Source: the human T2T-CHM13v2.0 reference genome, Homo sapiens
NCBI RefSeq assembly: GCF_009914755.1
Contig: NC_060929.1
Strand: one strand, 5' to 3'
Length of the DNA stretch: 64,000 nt
Shown here: one piece after another, positions 27,525 to 54,622 of the stretch
How the letters are laid out: every line of letters starts with the position of its first letter
Numbering within the stretch: position 1 is the stretch's first letter
The notes under the pieces: model-generated
What the model was told of the DNA's origin: nothing
The model's input: the letters and a program-made list of their open reading frames with translations, nothing else
The model's database searches: none
Position numbers and translations under genes: made by a program

Positions 27525-27835
27525 TTTCTTTTTTTTTTTTTTTTTTTTTTTTTTCAGACAGAGTCTAGCTCTGTCACCCAGGCTGGAGTATAGTGGAACA
27601 ATCTCATCTCTCTGTAACCTCTGCCTCCCAGTCTCAAGCAGTCCTCCCACGTCAGCCTTCCAAGTAGTTGGGACTACAGGTGTGAGCCACCACACCTGGC
27701 TAATTTTTGTATTATTTGTAGAGACAAGGTTTCACCATGTTGCCCAGGCTGATCTCAAACTCCTGGGCTCAAGCAATCCTTCCACCTCAGCCTCCCAAAG
27801 TGCTACGATTACAGGCATGAGCCACCACACCCAGC
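27525..27835 (-). mobile_element. AluJ inside an old L1M fragment
   Basis: TSD ctacattttctt. Confidence 0.85.
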
Positions 27836-28058
27836 ATCTACATTTTCTTCTAGTACTTTTATGTTTCATTTTTCACACTTAAACCCTTTATCTATCATGA
27901 GGGCTGACTTTTTTAAAAAGACTTCTTCAAATTATTGAGTGAAACAAAAAGGAAATCAACACCGAAACTGCAAAACTGCAAGAAGTATAAAAGGAAGTCC
28001 AGCTTATGAAATCTGGATTTCCCGTTCACCATAGCTTACATTAGAAAGACTCTGCCCA

Positions 28059-30340
<2,282 letters not shown>

Positions 30341-30813
30341 AGAAAGACTCTGCCCATTCTGCCCACTCTGAGATTGTCTATGCTTCCTGTTTGGCATTCA
30401 AGAGGAAGTCCTCATATTTCCCAGCCATATTTTGCTGGTATCTTTAATATTTAATCCCACTTGTGGTCAACACCGAAAGGAAAATTCTATTTCTGCCTCA
30501 CATCTCAGGTGGAGTTGTAGTGACTGAAATAATCACAGGTTGATGAAGCCTGCTTGCTACAATGTATAAGGTCCATACTGTCAGGGCTACATAGATCTAA
30601 CTATTCTAACACTGAGATTTATACATCTATACATTATTTTTATTCTCATAGGAATTCTTTTTAAGGTTTCGTAGCTTTCTCCTCTGCCAAGATACAAAAT
30701 AGGGAACCACAAATTATTTATTTAAAAAAGAAATAGATGAATGATATTAGATTCCAACTACCAATTGGACAGCTCCTGAGGTCTCACAGTCAGCCACTTT
30801 TTTATCTTATAAG

Positions 30814-31118
30814 TGATATGGTTTGGCTGTGTCCCCACCCAAATTGAATCATGAGGCAGTTACCCCCATGCTGTTCTCATGATACTGAGTTCTCACAAGA
30901 TCTGATGGTTTTATAAGGGGCTTTTTCCTCTTTGCTCAGCACTTCTCCTTCCTGCCACCACATGAATAAGGAGGTGTTTGCTTCCCCTTCTGCCATGATT
31001 CTAAGTTTCATGAGGTCGCCCCAGCCATGCTGAACTGTGAATCAATTAAACCTGTTTCATTTATAAGTTACCCAGTCTTGGGCATTTCTTCATAGCAGCA
31101 TGAGAATGGACTAATACA
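30814..31118 (+). mobile_element. THE1-type solo LTR with an internal deletion
   Basis: tgatatggtttggctgtgtcccc...ggactaataca; TSD ataag/ataaa. Confidence 0.88.
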
Positions 31119-31787
31119 ATAAATACTTATTGAACACCTATTATGTTGTTGAATCTCAATATCACCTTTTCCTAAATTGACGGAATTCCCCTGGCTTGCT
31201 TTTTTGCCATTGTTCTTTGCCTCAGTGTCACCATTTACGCAAGTCCAAAGCCTAGGAGCCATTCCTTGCTTTTTTCTCTATTTCCTTTACCTTTTCCACC
31301 AACACCAAGTCCTGGATAGTCTTCACATTCTTTCTCCTTTCTTTGTTCCCAGTATCACCATCATAATCCAAATCTTCCTCATCATGAGTCCCAGCATCAA
31401 TTTTTGCTTACCACTAATATATTTTCCTTATGAAAATAGAGATCTTTAGGAACTACAAATGTGACATGTCATACTTCAGTTTGCAATTTTTCTTTACTTG
31501 TCATTAAACAATCAAAACTCTCTTGTGGTTTAGAAATCCCTATACAGTCTGACCCCTGTGTAGCTCTCCCAGCTTCTCCTCTCACTCAGTGAACTCAATG
31601 CTTCAGCCAGAGAGTTTATGTCCTTATCTCCTGGCCTTAAATTAACATAAGCTGATCTCTTATTTGGAACATTCTTTTCTTTCTCTCCCATTTCCAGAGC
31701 CTAATACTTATTCATTTATCTTAAGAGTTATGAAATATTATACACAAAAAATGTAATGCATATACGTATATACATGTGACTAAAAGG

Positions 31788-31863
31788 ATGAAAAATGTGT
31801 CAATATATAAAATGATATTTCTAGTATGAAAAATATATCTATATGTAAAATGATATTTCTAGT
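31788..31863. repeat. Two-copy 38-bp tandem duplication
   Basis: atgaaaaat.t.tc.atat.taaaatgatatttctagt x2. Confidence 0.85.
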
Positions 31864-32606
31864 ACCGTTGAAGTTCCTTGAGTGCCCCCTTCAACCATGT
31901 CCCTTTCCTCATACCAGAGATAACCACAGTCTTGAATTTTGTAATTGCTGTCCTCTTGCTTTTCTTTATAAACATTACAACAAATGTATATTTCCCTAAA
32001 CAACATATGATTTAGTTTTGCATAATGAAACTAGTTTCACATGGATATGGTTCATTTTTACTGTTGTAAGATATTTCATTGTGTGACTATTCCAAAAATT
32101 TACTTTTTATTTTGTCAATGAATATTTGGGCTTCCATTTTCTTGATATTACAAGCAATATTGCTATGAATATTCTTATAATGTCTCCTGATACATATGTG
32201 TAAGAGTATGAATTTAAGAGAACAATTACTAGGTTGTAGGATGTACATTCTCAACTTTACCAAATAATGCCCAATTCTTTTTCCAAAGTGGTTATACTAA
32301 TTTACTTCCTTCTCTCCATATAGTATTCATGAGTAGCCATTGATCCACTGTCCTTAGCAGCTCTTGTTGTTGTCAAGCCTTTTGCCAATCCAATGGTTGT
32401 AATGGTATTACTTGGCTTTTATATATATTTGCTGTGTTACTAATGAGTTTGAACATGTTTTCGTGTTTCTTTGCCATTTGTATTTTGTGCCTGTTTATGT
32501 CTTTTGCCCATTTTCCTGAGTTATCTTTTTCATATTGAATTTACACTCTACAGTATTTATACATTTTAGATATTGTTCACTTGTTTTCCAGTATTCAAAA
32601 AACATG

Positions 32607-32926
<320 letters not shown>

Positions 32927-33637
32927 TATGTATATTTAATCTGTGTTTAATCTGTACAAGCCACTGAGCTAAACTCTAAGAATACAGCTGTGGATAAGAC
33001 AGAAACTGCTCCTGCCCTCATGGGTTTATCCCCTCACTTAAAGGGGGTCAAAAAGTAAACTAATAAATCTCTAAACTAATAAATCTCTAAATGGTAACAT
33101 CATCTTAGCTTTGTACTTTCTGAGGGTGAAGTTACCAGACCCCTACTAAATTCTTTCCCCCTGAATCCTGTATTAATACTTCCATAGTACAAACATTATT
33201 ATTAATAATGTTTTTCTTCACCACTAGTTGACAAGTTTTCTGAAATCAGCAGCCTATTTTTTTGTTTTTCATTTCTGTACCTCCACTACTTAACATGGTC
33301 ATTACATAAGGGATGCAAAATAAATATATTCATTGAATGGATGAATGAAAATATGTCATTACTAATAATAACTGAAAATTCAGTGTTCACTATTGATATC
33401 TAGGGAGTATAGGTCTAGATCTGGCATTTTGATACTGACAATTACAGGTATAACTTTCAGTAGAAAGTAGATATTTCAAGCCCTATATAAAGTAGCTGGG
33501 TGCAGATTTCTTAATACAAAAACCCGGTTGCCTATGTCTACATGTTAGGTAAGCCAATTTAGATTTAGTCATTTTATACCAAAGTTATTTACAGAAAAAA
33601 AGTAGACCTAGTTGTATTATCAAAAAATTAGAGTTGA

Positions 33638-34388
33638 CTGGGCACAGTGGTTCACTCTTGTAATCCCGGCACTTTGGGAGGCTGGGGTGGGTGGACCACT
33701 TTAGCTCAGGAGCCCAAGACCAGCTCGGGCAACATGGCAAAGCCGTATCTCTACAAAAATTACAAAAATTAGGGCGTGGTAGCATGTGCCTGTAGTCCCA
33801 GCTACTTGGGAAGCTGAGGTAGGAGGATCGCTTGCACCTCGGGAGGCGGAGGTTGCAGTGAGCCAAGATTGCACCATGGCACTCCAGCCTGGGTGACAGA
33901 GCTAGACCTTGTCTCACAAAAGAAAAAAAAAAAAAGCCAAGGCAATACAACCTAGTAAGAGTGATAAGGCACATACTAATAAATAATTAGAATACAAGGC
34001 AGAAGGTGATAAGTACCACAGAGTGGAGAGATTGATATGGAAGATCAGGGAAAAGATATTACTTCCAGGATAAAAAGGAGGGGGAAAGGCCAGGTGTGGT
34101 GCCTCATGCCATAATCCCAGCACTCCTAGGAGGATGAGGCAGGAGGATTGCAGGAGCCCAGGAGTTCAAGACTAGCCTGAGTAATATAGTGAGACCTCGT
34201 TTCTACAAAAAATGTAAAAAGCCAGATGTAGTGGCACACTTCAGTGGTCTCAGGAGGCTGAGGTGAGAGGATAGCTTGAGCCCAGGAGGCAAAGGTTGCA
34301 GTGAGCCGTGATTGCGCCACTGCACTCTAGCCTGGGCGACAGAGCAAGATCCTGTTTCCAAAAAAATAAAATAAAACAAAGAAAAAAG
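33638..34388 (+). mobile_element. Two Alus (33638-33935 and 34088-34388)
   Basis: Alu consensus. Confidence 0.88.
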
Positions 34389-34389
34389 A

Positions 34390-37145
<2,756 letters not shown>

Positions 37146-39859
37146 GAAATTTTTTTTTCAAAAACATAATCATAATACCATTGTCACACGTAAAAATAAT
37201 TAACACTTATTTTTGACTGAACCAGTCTTAACAAGAAGCATACTAGCTATTAGCCAGGCCTCAGATGAGAGGATCTAGGCATCATCATTCACACAACAAA
37301 ATATTTATGTGTAAATGACACACACTAACAAGCCTAAGTATTAAATAATGTACTGAAAGAGGAGAGTCTCTCTCCTGAGTAATTTACTAAGGACTTCAAT
37401 TGTGAAAAGTATGTCCCAAACACCAATTAAGTGTGCCAAAAGCAATTTATTCATGTTTCTAGAGAAAAATAAAAGGGGAATATCTGAGTTGTGGTTTTCC
37501 ATGTATGTGGATAGTCGCATTAGTAATGAATCAAGGAACACTTTATTTCATTTGTGAAGCAGCACTTGATTTTATATGCTCTGTGGTCTCAGTTGGCTTT
37601 ACATAAGCCAGGGATAGGATTTAAGAAAAGAAATCTCTTCAAGTTCATGTATAATCAATTTATTTAGAACCTATAATCATTAAGTTAGCTGTGTCATATA
37701 CAAAATTAGAAGAAAATTAACCAATTATCTTTTGTTACTTATTTTTTAGAACCTGAGATTTTTGTTCAACTTTGTAATGTGAACCTTTTCTGAAAGCTCT
37801 ATTTGTCAGTGGCAGAAATATTACAAATATTTCTAGCATCATACAGTTTTTCATATGCCCTTAAGTAGTTTCTAACATTTTAACATTTTTATTCATATCT
37901 CTTAAAAAAGAAAATTTTGAAGAGTTCCTTTTCATTTATTTACAATGAAATTTGGAAACAAAAACTTATTACATTACAAAATCTAAAATAAAGTTACCTT
38001 TTTTAAAAAAATGGATCATAAACATTTTGTAAAAAGAGTTGAAAATAATCATTGTTCTTAAGTCTTACTGCTAGAGGAAGTTGTACACATTAAGGATGTA
38101 TGTGGCACTGTTTCCAAAATAAATGTATATTTATGCTACATAAGACCAAGATTAGACCATTGAAGTTGTAATGATCATTCTAGTTCTCAAATTTAAATGC
38201 AATTTTTTTCAATACAAAAAAGAGACTGTACAATGAAGGAAAACTCATAATGCTTTTGACTTTACCAGATGCTAGAGGCTACTCAAAATAAAGGCCAGAA
38301 TGTCTCCATATTTAGCGTAGTTCTTCTCTATACTCAACATACTTGTAGCTGAGTTCATGGTGTACATTTTTCGTGAATGGTTGTTTATAGGATGTTTATA
38401 TATTATCTTGGCAAGATAACTTTGAAAGCCCACTGTTTTCCTAGCATTTTTCTATGGTTGCTAAACAATTTCTGCCCAATCTAAAAAATTACTTTCCTAT
38501 ACCAGCAGGTGGAGGCAAGAGCAGTCGAATTGTAGCACTTTGCTTTTCAAGTGTACTGGCATGTATTGTAGATTATCTATCCATGACTCAAAGTCTCTTT
38601 ATGACGTGTCTCTCACATAATTACTTTTCTTCAACAACTCTGTTGTTGTTTTAGCATCTTCTTTTGATTGCTTTATTATTTGCTTTATTTACTTGGTGTC
38701 TGGGACTGAACTTAGTGGTCATTTTAGGACAGACTAATTTAGATTTTCATCACTTTCCTATACTCATTGATTGAACAGTTAAAACATATATGTTATATGC
38801 TGAACACATTCTTCCACATTTGCCAAGAAATACAAAAATGACTAAGACATGGACCACATTCCCAAAGAGCTTACATTCTAGTAGAATTACAAGGAAAAAT
38901 GTCTTCAATTCCTCTCCTGACTTGGGGAAGCAGATCAGTCAGCCTTGCTGGTATAGCTGGTATAGCTATGGCTAGCATTGGGTAGTAATAAAGCTCAGTA
39001 TTCACGTGGATTTTAATTCCATCAAATATTTACTAAGCACCAGGGACTACATTGGGGATTAATTTATAAACATAGGCTTTTTGTCTTACAGATAAAAAAG
39101 GCCAAAACAATCTTCAAAAGAAGTATCATTTATTTTTAAACTTCTTAATACAGATTATATAGAACAAATAGTTAACCGACATATAGATCCTGATGCATTG
39201 CATTTAAGGAACTTTCAGTTAGAAGTAACTGTGTGTAACATTTTCTAGAATATACTTAGAAAACTTTCCACAAATCCTGGTTGAAATAAAATAAAAGTAT
39301 GTTACTCTACATCAATTCCATTAGCTGTTTATTTGTAGCCAATAATGATAAAAAATATATACAAACAGTATGAAAGAGGAGAACTGAGTTCTAAGGTTAT
39401 GTCTGTATGTGCAGAATGAGAGATGGAGAAGAAACTCATAGTTATGGAAAACAGAAAAGAATGGCCCCAGAATTTCTTGCAAGACTTAGCAGCCACCAAT
39501 ATTCAGAACTGTCTTTAAGCCCCAACCTGTCCATCATCTTAATACATTGTGCATCAGAAATTTCCAACCCAATTAAACCATTTTTGTTTCCTTCATTGGT
39601 TTATTTATGAAAGTCACTAAAAAGACACAAATCTGGTCTAACCTATTTTAGCCTTACCTCTTATCCCTCCACATCCCATTAAACCCGTGTACCCACCTTA
39701 CCTCATAGAGCTATCTTGAAAGACTCAGCCAGTTTAGAAGTTACATCCTCATTGAAGTCTTTCCTAGATTCCCCAAGGCAGAGTCACACACACTGTCCTC
39801 TTCATTCTCCATTGCCTTATTTATATAGAATTTGTTACCTGATATTCTGTTATTTCATT

Positions 39860-40708
<849 letters not shown>

Positions 40709-41224
40709 TTATCAATAAAAGATGTAGATTATTTGTTTGAGTACTTTAAGGAAGAATTTGCCATTTCCTGGGAGTACACTGTTTCCAAGTGATTTATTGA
40801 TTACCTATGAACAGTTCATTAAAGGGCTCTGGAAAAAAATGAGACCTGGGTGCAGAGGGCAGCCATCCAGGTCTTCCATGTTTGAGTGGTTTTACTCTTT
40901 GAGAACAGGTGACTAAAAAGCTGCCCAAGTCTATGTGACCTGTTTTTCAGAGCTGGATGAAAGCTAAAGTGGGGCACTTCTCCACAGCCCCTGCAGCAAT
41001 CTCTCAGGGAGTGGTATAGATAACAAGTCAGACATGTGATGTAAGCATGTATGCTTTAAGTCACCTTATTCTCTCCCCATTAAAAGCAAAGTACAAAATC
41101 AGAGAAGTGCAATTGGTGAGAAATTTGATGATTTCCTTTTCTGGGATGGGAGTTGCAGCATCAGTATAGGATAATAAAGAATAAGGGCCCTCAGATACTT
41201 TTCAGTTTATAAATAAAAATACAA

Positions 41225-43340
<2,116 letters not shown>

Positions 43341-43714
43341 GTGCAACCTGAGGTGAAACTACAATTGGAAGCCCACCCCTGGCCCCCTCCTGTACCATGA
43401 GGGGCCTCACATGTGTACGGATGCCCCCACCTATATGTCCAAACTCTGACCACACTCCCTGCTCTTAATGGCCACACCTCAGTGCAAGATATGTACAAAC
43501 CAATGGTGCAGTTCACCCTCAGGAAAATGGACCCTAGGAAGGGGCCCACACAGATTCTGGGAGCCATTTGAGCAAGGGATTCTGGAGTCTTGTCACCCAA
43601 AGCACAGTTGCAGGATGTTAGTGGCAAGCTTTGCATGAGCACATCCCCTTACCTCATCTGAGCTGAGTGCAGACACAGGAGGGCCAGAGTGGAGCCTGCC
43701 AAAGTACAGCAGTC

Positions 43715-44570
<856 letters not shown>

Positions 44571-44653
44571 AAACTGAAGTTAAGGGAGTGGTAAGCCTTG
44601 TCCACCCATCCTTAGAGTCTCCCTGGGATGATTATGGAACTTTAGACAGGGAC

Positions 44654-45014
44654 TGATATGGTTTGGCTGTGTCCCTACCCAAATCTCATCTTGAATTATA
44701 GCTCCCATAATCCTCATGTGTCATGGGAGGAACCCAATGGGAGGTCATTGAATCTGGGGGCAGATTTTTCCTGTGCTTTTCTCGTGATAGTGAATAAGTC
44801 TCACGAGATCTGATGGTTTCATAAAGGGCAGCTCCCTGCACATGCTCTCTTGCCTGCTGCCATGTAAGATGTGACTTTGCTCCTCCTTCTCCTTCTGCTA
44901 TGATTGTGAGGCCTCCCAGCCATGTGGAACTGTGAGTCCATTATACCTCTTTTTCCTTATAAATTATCCAGTCTTGGGTATTTCTTCATAGCAGTGTGAA
45001 AATAGACTAATACA
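44654..45014 (+). mobile_element. Full-length THE1-type solo LTR (361 bp)
   Basis: tgatatgg...ctaataca with perfect TSD GGGAC. Confidence 0.92.
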
Positions 45015-45959
45015 GGGACTGTAGAGCTAATTCTTTGGTGAATATGAGAAAATGGCAAAGAGTTTAGTTGATGACAGCAACAAAGAGAGTTAGTAAGGGA
45101 TGTAGCAGGAAGCCAGTAGCCTCAGAGGATTAGAATTGTAGTGCAGTAATGATTTGGACAGCCCTTTGAGGATCAAGGAGAGGTTTACCCTGTGTCAAGG
45201 CCTCCTAGTGTGAGGAGCCTGAGAGAATGTCAGTGCACTTCATGGGAGAGGCAGTGCATTCACCAGGAATCCAGGTTACAGTGAAGACAAAGTGGAAAAG
45301 CCAGTGCCCTGTGACAGGGTTGAGGATGTAGGGTAGGGGGTTGAGTGTCCAAGAAAGAGACTGGCATGATGGGAGAGCTTCACCAACTGGTGATGCTGAA
45401 CTTTTGGAACAGTGGCAGAATGTATGCTGTGAAAGGACACAGAGCAGAGAGAAAACAGTAAGTTCACAAATATTTGCTGTGTTGAAGGTCTCGTACTAGA
45501 AACCTTTAGGTAAACTTTTGTGACTTCTATCTTAGTAAGCTCAGTCAGTGAATAAGATTAATTCTCACTTGTAAAATAATAAGGACATGAAATTTAAACA
45601 GTCTTGTGGAAAAACCATTTTTATATTCTAATCATATTATCAATACCCTTGGCCCTGCTCCCTATGGAAAGAACTGAAAGTCTTTTCTGCCACACTGTGC
45701 TCTTGAAAGTAGTGCTTACTCCTTATTTCTGCATGTTGTGAGGATTAGATGAGTGTTTTAACACTCCTGCACACATGAGCTACTCGGTAAATGAGTTCTC
45801 CCTTCCTCTGTTTCTCTGTCCTTTCTTCCTTCCAGAGAAGACACCTAGGAACCTAGTTTGCGAGTGGAAAGGAGAAAGGGTACCCAAGGAAGGGCACAGG
45901 CAGGGCTGCTTGGCATACATGTGCTGTCATGTGGAATCTCAGGAATGGGATCATCCAGT

Positions 45960-46156
45960 CAGTGCTGTCCGTTCGAACTTTCTGCAGTGGCGAAAACATT
46001 CTCTATCTGTGCTGTCTAGTGTGGTACCCACTTACTACAAGTGGCTATTGAATATTTGAAATGTGCCTGGTACAACTGAGAAACTGAATTTTTTATTTTA
46101 TTTACTCATAATTCATTTAAATAACCACATGTACCTGCTGTGTTGGACTGCACAGG
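45960..46156. mobile_element. MER3-like hAT MITE
   Basis: Termini cagtgctgtcc and ggactgcacag; internal gtggctattgaatatttgaaatgtg. Confidence 0.7.
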
Positions 46157-46231
46157 TCTAGTGGATAATGTGCTGCTTGGCTGAAGGCTTCAAGAAAGAA
46201 ATGGACTGAGTACCTGAGGAAATAGATAAGT

Positions 46232-49460
<3,229 letters not shown>

Positions 49461-49889
49461 ACCTGAATATTAATGATACTAATGGAAATTTGTCTATAGT
49501 CATTGGTTTATACTAAGAGGAGTGGTGAAAAGAACAGGGTGTTAAGATGGATATGTCCTATGTTTTAGTCGTTGTTCTTCTCTTTCATATTCATGTAACT
49601 CAGTCATCTCAGGGCCAGCCTTTTTACCTATACTGGGACTTCCTTGAAGTACAGCCCGTCATGGCCATGACTGACTCTTTCTTAGTGGCCTCTGTTGGCA
49701 GAAATAATTATTTTGGAAATTTTCAGCCAACTGTATAAATCCTGAACTGAACATCTTTATTATTTTGCACCAACACCAAGTATGTGAGACCCTCTACTCA
49801 TCTGCCATTTCTTGTACTCTGACCTCCATACTGTTGGTTTCTCCCTATACTTATTCCTTTATCAGTTTTCATTCCTTTATCAGTAGGAT

Positions 49890-50312
49890 CCTATATGAGG
49901 CAAATAATATAAAACCCCATTCTAACTGATTTCATCATAGAGGGGACTTACTGACTCATAACTGGAATGGTCAGGCTTTACAATTAGTTGATCTATGGGC
50001 TCTATGGTGTCTTTAAATATTTGGTTTCCTTCCTTTATTCTGCCATTCAAAGTGTCTGTTTTATCGTAAATCAGATTCTGCTCATTCTCATAGGATGGCT
50101 GCCAGCTGCAATCAAGGACATAAGTGTACTCACACTTAGTGGGAATGAGACCCCCTTCTCTCACAGCATTCCAAGCAAGAGTACTGAGGGTAGGGACAGC
50201 TACCTTCAAAGAACATGAACTATGTTGGGGGTGTATGAGTGTTGAGAGGAAGATGTGCATATAATTAGATAGGGGAAGAGGTTAATGGCTAGACAACCAT
50301 GTATATCTAACC
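49890..50312. mobile_element. Old MLT1-type LTR
   Basis: Motifs gatggctgccagctgc and a terminal atatctaaccatctac. Confidence 0.55.
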
Positions 50313-51649
50313 ATCTACTGCACTGACTTCTCCATTGTTATTTCTGGAACCCTTGTCCTATGGTAAATAAACTCCTCCACTTTTTCATACTATTCCCTGA
50401 ATCTTCCCTTCTCTTCCTGACCTTTTCTAAAATCCACTGAACCCTGACAAAAATGTTTCCCATGCATCCCTCTTCCTCCCACACCCCATACCACAAAGTA
50501 AGGAGGAAAGATCGGTATCTTCTTTTCCCCCAGAGGCCCCCTCCAACCACTGTGATGTCCTGCACTTCTTCACCATTGTGTAAAAACACCTTTGAGGCTC
50601 ATCATCTGGTTTTCCCATTTTATATCCTGCTCATGTTGTCTCTCCCAGTCAGCTGAGAGTTCCTTCTTCAGATACTCGGGTTCCTGGTTCAGTCTTCCTT
50701 TCTACTCCCGGGATCCACCATCAACCTGCTGACTCCAGTGTTCATGTAGGCAATTTATCCAAACTAGACTCTTGTTTCTTCACACTCTTGCAAAGAAACT
50801 GCTTAACCCTTGAAGTCTTAAATTCAGATATCTCACATTTTTACTATAACCTGACTACTCCCATTTTACTGTTTTATTGATTTTACTAAGACTGTAGTTT
50901 TTCTGTCTAAAACATTGCTCATGTTTTATATTCCATTTCTTCCTATCTCTGTAGGGAGCTCAGTCTCTCTAAATATCTTAATAATGTAATTGAAAAAAAG
51001 TGGTTTCAAGTAGAATCATAACTATGATAAATTTCTTACATATTTTGTGGAAATTTAAAACATATTTATACCCAAAACTTTTGATCTAAAACCAAGGCCT
51101 TTTGCTAACTGTAAATGATTTGATTGGCATTTCTCACTATCCTTCTTGTATAAACTACACCTATAATGCATCATCTTTGATTTCCAGTTTCAGCTTCTCG
51201 AAAGTGGAACATGCGTATAAGGAAACATATAAGTAGTATGAATTCAGAAGCCTTCTGAATTGTCACAATTCCTTTCCCAATCTTTCATAAGGACAAGTTT
51301 TTTGTGGGAGTTGATTTTTCTGTAACTCTCTTTTTAAAAGTATTTCTGAAACCTTTTACCTATCCCAGAAATAAGTTTTTAAATGTTGTATACATTTAAT
51401 CAGTCAAATATTTAAATTACATGAAAATAAGCATAACAGGCATAAACAGGTTTTGGAACAACAGGCTTAACCATTAGTTAGCATATAACTCAACTGGTGG
51501 AAGAAGAAATGTGAAAATGTATTAGAAAATAGCCTGGCAGCCTGGAGTTGTAAGCATCAACTAGTATGTGGACATGAGTTCTTGTGGAGAGTAAGTTGAA
51601 GAGGTCAGTATTTAGGTCTCTCCTGTGTGAAAAATGTATCTATTCTGTG

Positions 51650-53352
51650 CCTCAGCCTCTTTTAGCTACACTGCGTTAGCTCTCCTTATTTCCACGGCCA
51701 GATCCACAGAGAATTGCCTAGGTTCACACTCTCTCCAGTTCTTCACCTCTTCCTTATTCCTCCATCATAGTAGTCTGACCTGTACCCCTGCTGCTCCCCT
51801 GACACTGGTTTTGCCAGAGTCATGAATGGCATTCTGCTGCTGTATTCAACAAAGACTTTTCAGTATTTCTCAACATCTGTACGTTTGCTGTTGTTTTCAC
51901 TGCTTGCTTGTCACAAGGTCCTAGAACCCATATTGGCCTAATATTCCTTCTCCCTCAGTGATCATATTAGAGTTAGGGCCCCAATGCTTTTCTCTTCTCA
52001 CTCTGCAAACTCCCTTGAGTACTCCTATAAGTAAAATTACCACTTAATATTAATTCCTCTTACATGTTCTGTAGCCACTTCAAACTTGGCATGTCCAAAA
52101 TCAAGTTTCTCTTTTTTCCCCCAAAAAGCCTCCTTTCCCTTGACTCTCTTGACTCTCTCACCTCCACCGCCTCCATCCATTCAGTACCAAATCCTTTTGA
52201 GTCAAACTCCTGAATATATTTTAAATCATTCCGATTCCTCCTATTTCCTAGTTTTATATACTTTAATCATGAGCCCCAATAGCTCTAAGAACAACTTCTC
52301 TCTTGAATGATCTCTTTTACAAACCTTTCAACTCATTATAATTTGAGTGATTTCTCTAAAACACAAATCTGTTATCTGTCACCTGATTAAAACCTTTCTA
52401 TGGCTCTCGAATTGCCTTCAGAATAAGATTGGATGTTTGGGGGAGTTTTTTGTTGTTGTCGTTGTTGTTTTAATGTTTCGTAGAGACAATGTTTCACTAT
52501 TTTGCCCAGGCTGGTCTCGAACCCTGGACCTTAAGCAATCTGCCTGCCTCACCCTCTCAAAATGTTGGGATTATAGGCATGAGCCACGGTGCCTGGCCAA
52601 GGTTGGATGTTCTGATGATTCCCAAGGCTCTTCATTTGCTAAATGACCTTACTTACCTTTTCAGCCTTCTCTCCCCTTATGGCATTACCTTTGGATAATT
52701 CCTACACATTGTTCAAATGTTGGTTTGCTAGTTGCTCTTTCTAGAAAATCTTTCTTGACACATTCCCCCTGCCCCAAGACCAGAATGGGGTTCCCTTCGT
52801 TTGGAGTTCTCTTTGCTTACACTTGTCATAACACTCATCTCAGTGTAGTATAATTGCATATTTATCCATTTGTCCTTTCTACTGTATTAGAATGTCAGGG
52901 TCTAAGACAATTTGCCATTTATCCACATTGCCTGTCACGTAACTAGATACAGTACATGCTCATAAATATTAGCTGGGTGAATGACTTTAAACAAGTCACT
53001 TAGTCTTTCTGAGGCTTCAATTGCTTTATTAGAAGAGAATACAGTAATGCCCTACCTACCTTATAAGGTTGTTTTGGGATCCTGTAAGATAATAGAAATG
53101 AAGCTTAGCATAGTGGTTAAGAGTATGGGTTCTGGATCCATACTGCCTAGCTTTTAATCCTACCTGTGACCCTACAACTAGCTGCATGGCTTTAGGCAAG
53201 TTACTTAACTTCTCTGTGTTTTAGTTTTCTCTTCAGTAAAATGAGACTAACCACAGTATATAACTTAGAGGGTTGTTGGAGGACTGAGTGAGTTACTACA
53301 TGGGAAGTATTTTGAACCATGCCTGAACAGACAATAAATGTTAGCTACTAAA
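51650..53352. mobile_element. L2 remnant (+) with nested Alu monomer (52445-52598), followed by MIR fragments
   Basis: L2 end gctcataaatattagctgggtgaatga; MIR ttaggcaagttacttaacttctctgtgttttagttttctc. Confidence 0.7.
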
Positions 53353-53730
53353 TATAACATTTTTATTTGTAAGCCCTAAAATTATATGTACTTATATATA
53401 TGTATATGTATGCATATGTATATAGACAGAGAGAGAAACATGGCATCAGTATTACTAGTTTGAATGTTTTAAGGGAGTAAAGACTGGTATCATTATTCTA
53501 AACAATTTCTTTTTTCTTTTTTTCTTTTAGGATAATGGCATAGCTATCCCAGAGTTTATTTTCCAAGTCTTAAATTCAAATTGTCATTCTTAATTTACAT
53601 GAAATTTTGGTTAAAAAAAATTGGTGTTCAGTATAAGAAGAGAAGTTTTTAAATGTTTCCTCGCTAAACTTGCAAGGTTTTTTCGAGTCTATGTACATAG
53701 TAGGTGAAAGTTAGCATTGGAAAAATATTA

Positions 53731-54040
<310 letters not shown>

Positions 54041-54362
54041 GGGAGGGAAGATTACTGATTTAATTTATAAAGGAGAATTATTATAGCTCCAACACCTGAC
54101 TTTATTTATCTATATGATTTAATTACACAAACAATTCAGTGTTTGAATTATACAAATTTCATTAAAACTATGTAATTATGCAAGAAAAATAGGAAATACA
54201 GGGGCACTTAGTTTTGTGCATATGTGTTCACCTGAGAGTATTTGCTTGTTTTTTTAAAAAGGTTCTTTTTAATTTAATATTTAATTTTATAATGCACATT
54301 CATATGTTGACTTTGGACCAACAGAAATCCCTAATTCTTATTCTTTTTCTGATTCTTTTTAG

Positions 54363-54622
54363 AGTTGGTGGTTCCAGGATTTTACTCAGAATGACGTTAG
54401 GAAGAGAAGTGATGTCTCCTCTTCAGGCAATGTCTTCCTATACTGTGGCTGGCAGAAATGTTTTAAGATGGGATCTTTCACCAGAGCAAATTAAAACAAG
54501 AACTGAGGAGCTCATTGTGCAGACCAAACAGGTGTACGATGCTGTTGGAATGCTCGGTATTGAGGAAGTAACTTACGAGAACTGTCTGCAGGCACTGGCA
54601 GATGTAGAAGTAAAGTATATAG
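54363..54622 (+). CDS. NLN: NLN exon 2 (260 nt; [32 protein letters not shown]...ADVEVKYI)
   Basis: Long polypyrimidine tract then ag|AGTTGG; donor ATAG|gtgggt; recognised neurolysin (M3A peptidase) sequence. Confidence 0.97.

Noticed and set aside
54214-54362. Hydrophobic N-terminal extension of the 152-aa ORF overlapping NLN exon 2
   Set aside because: It is the translated intronic polypyrimidine tract
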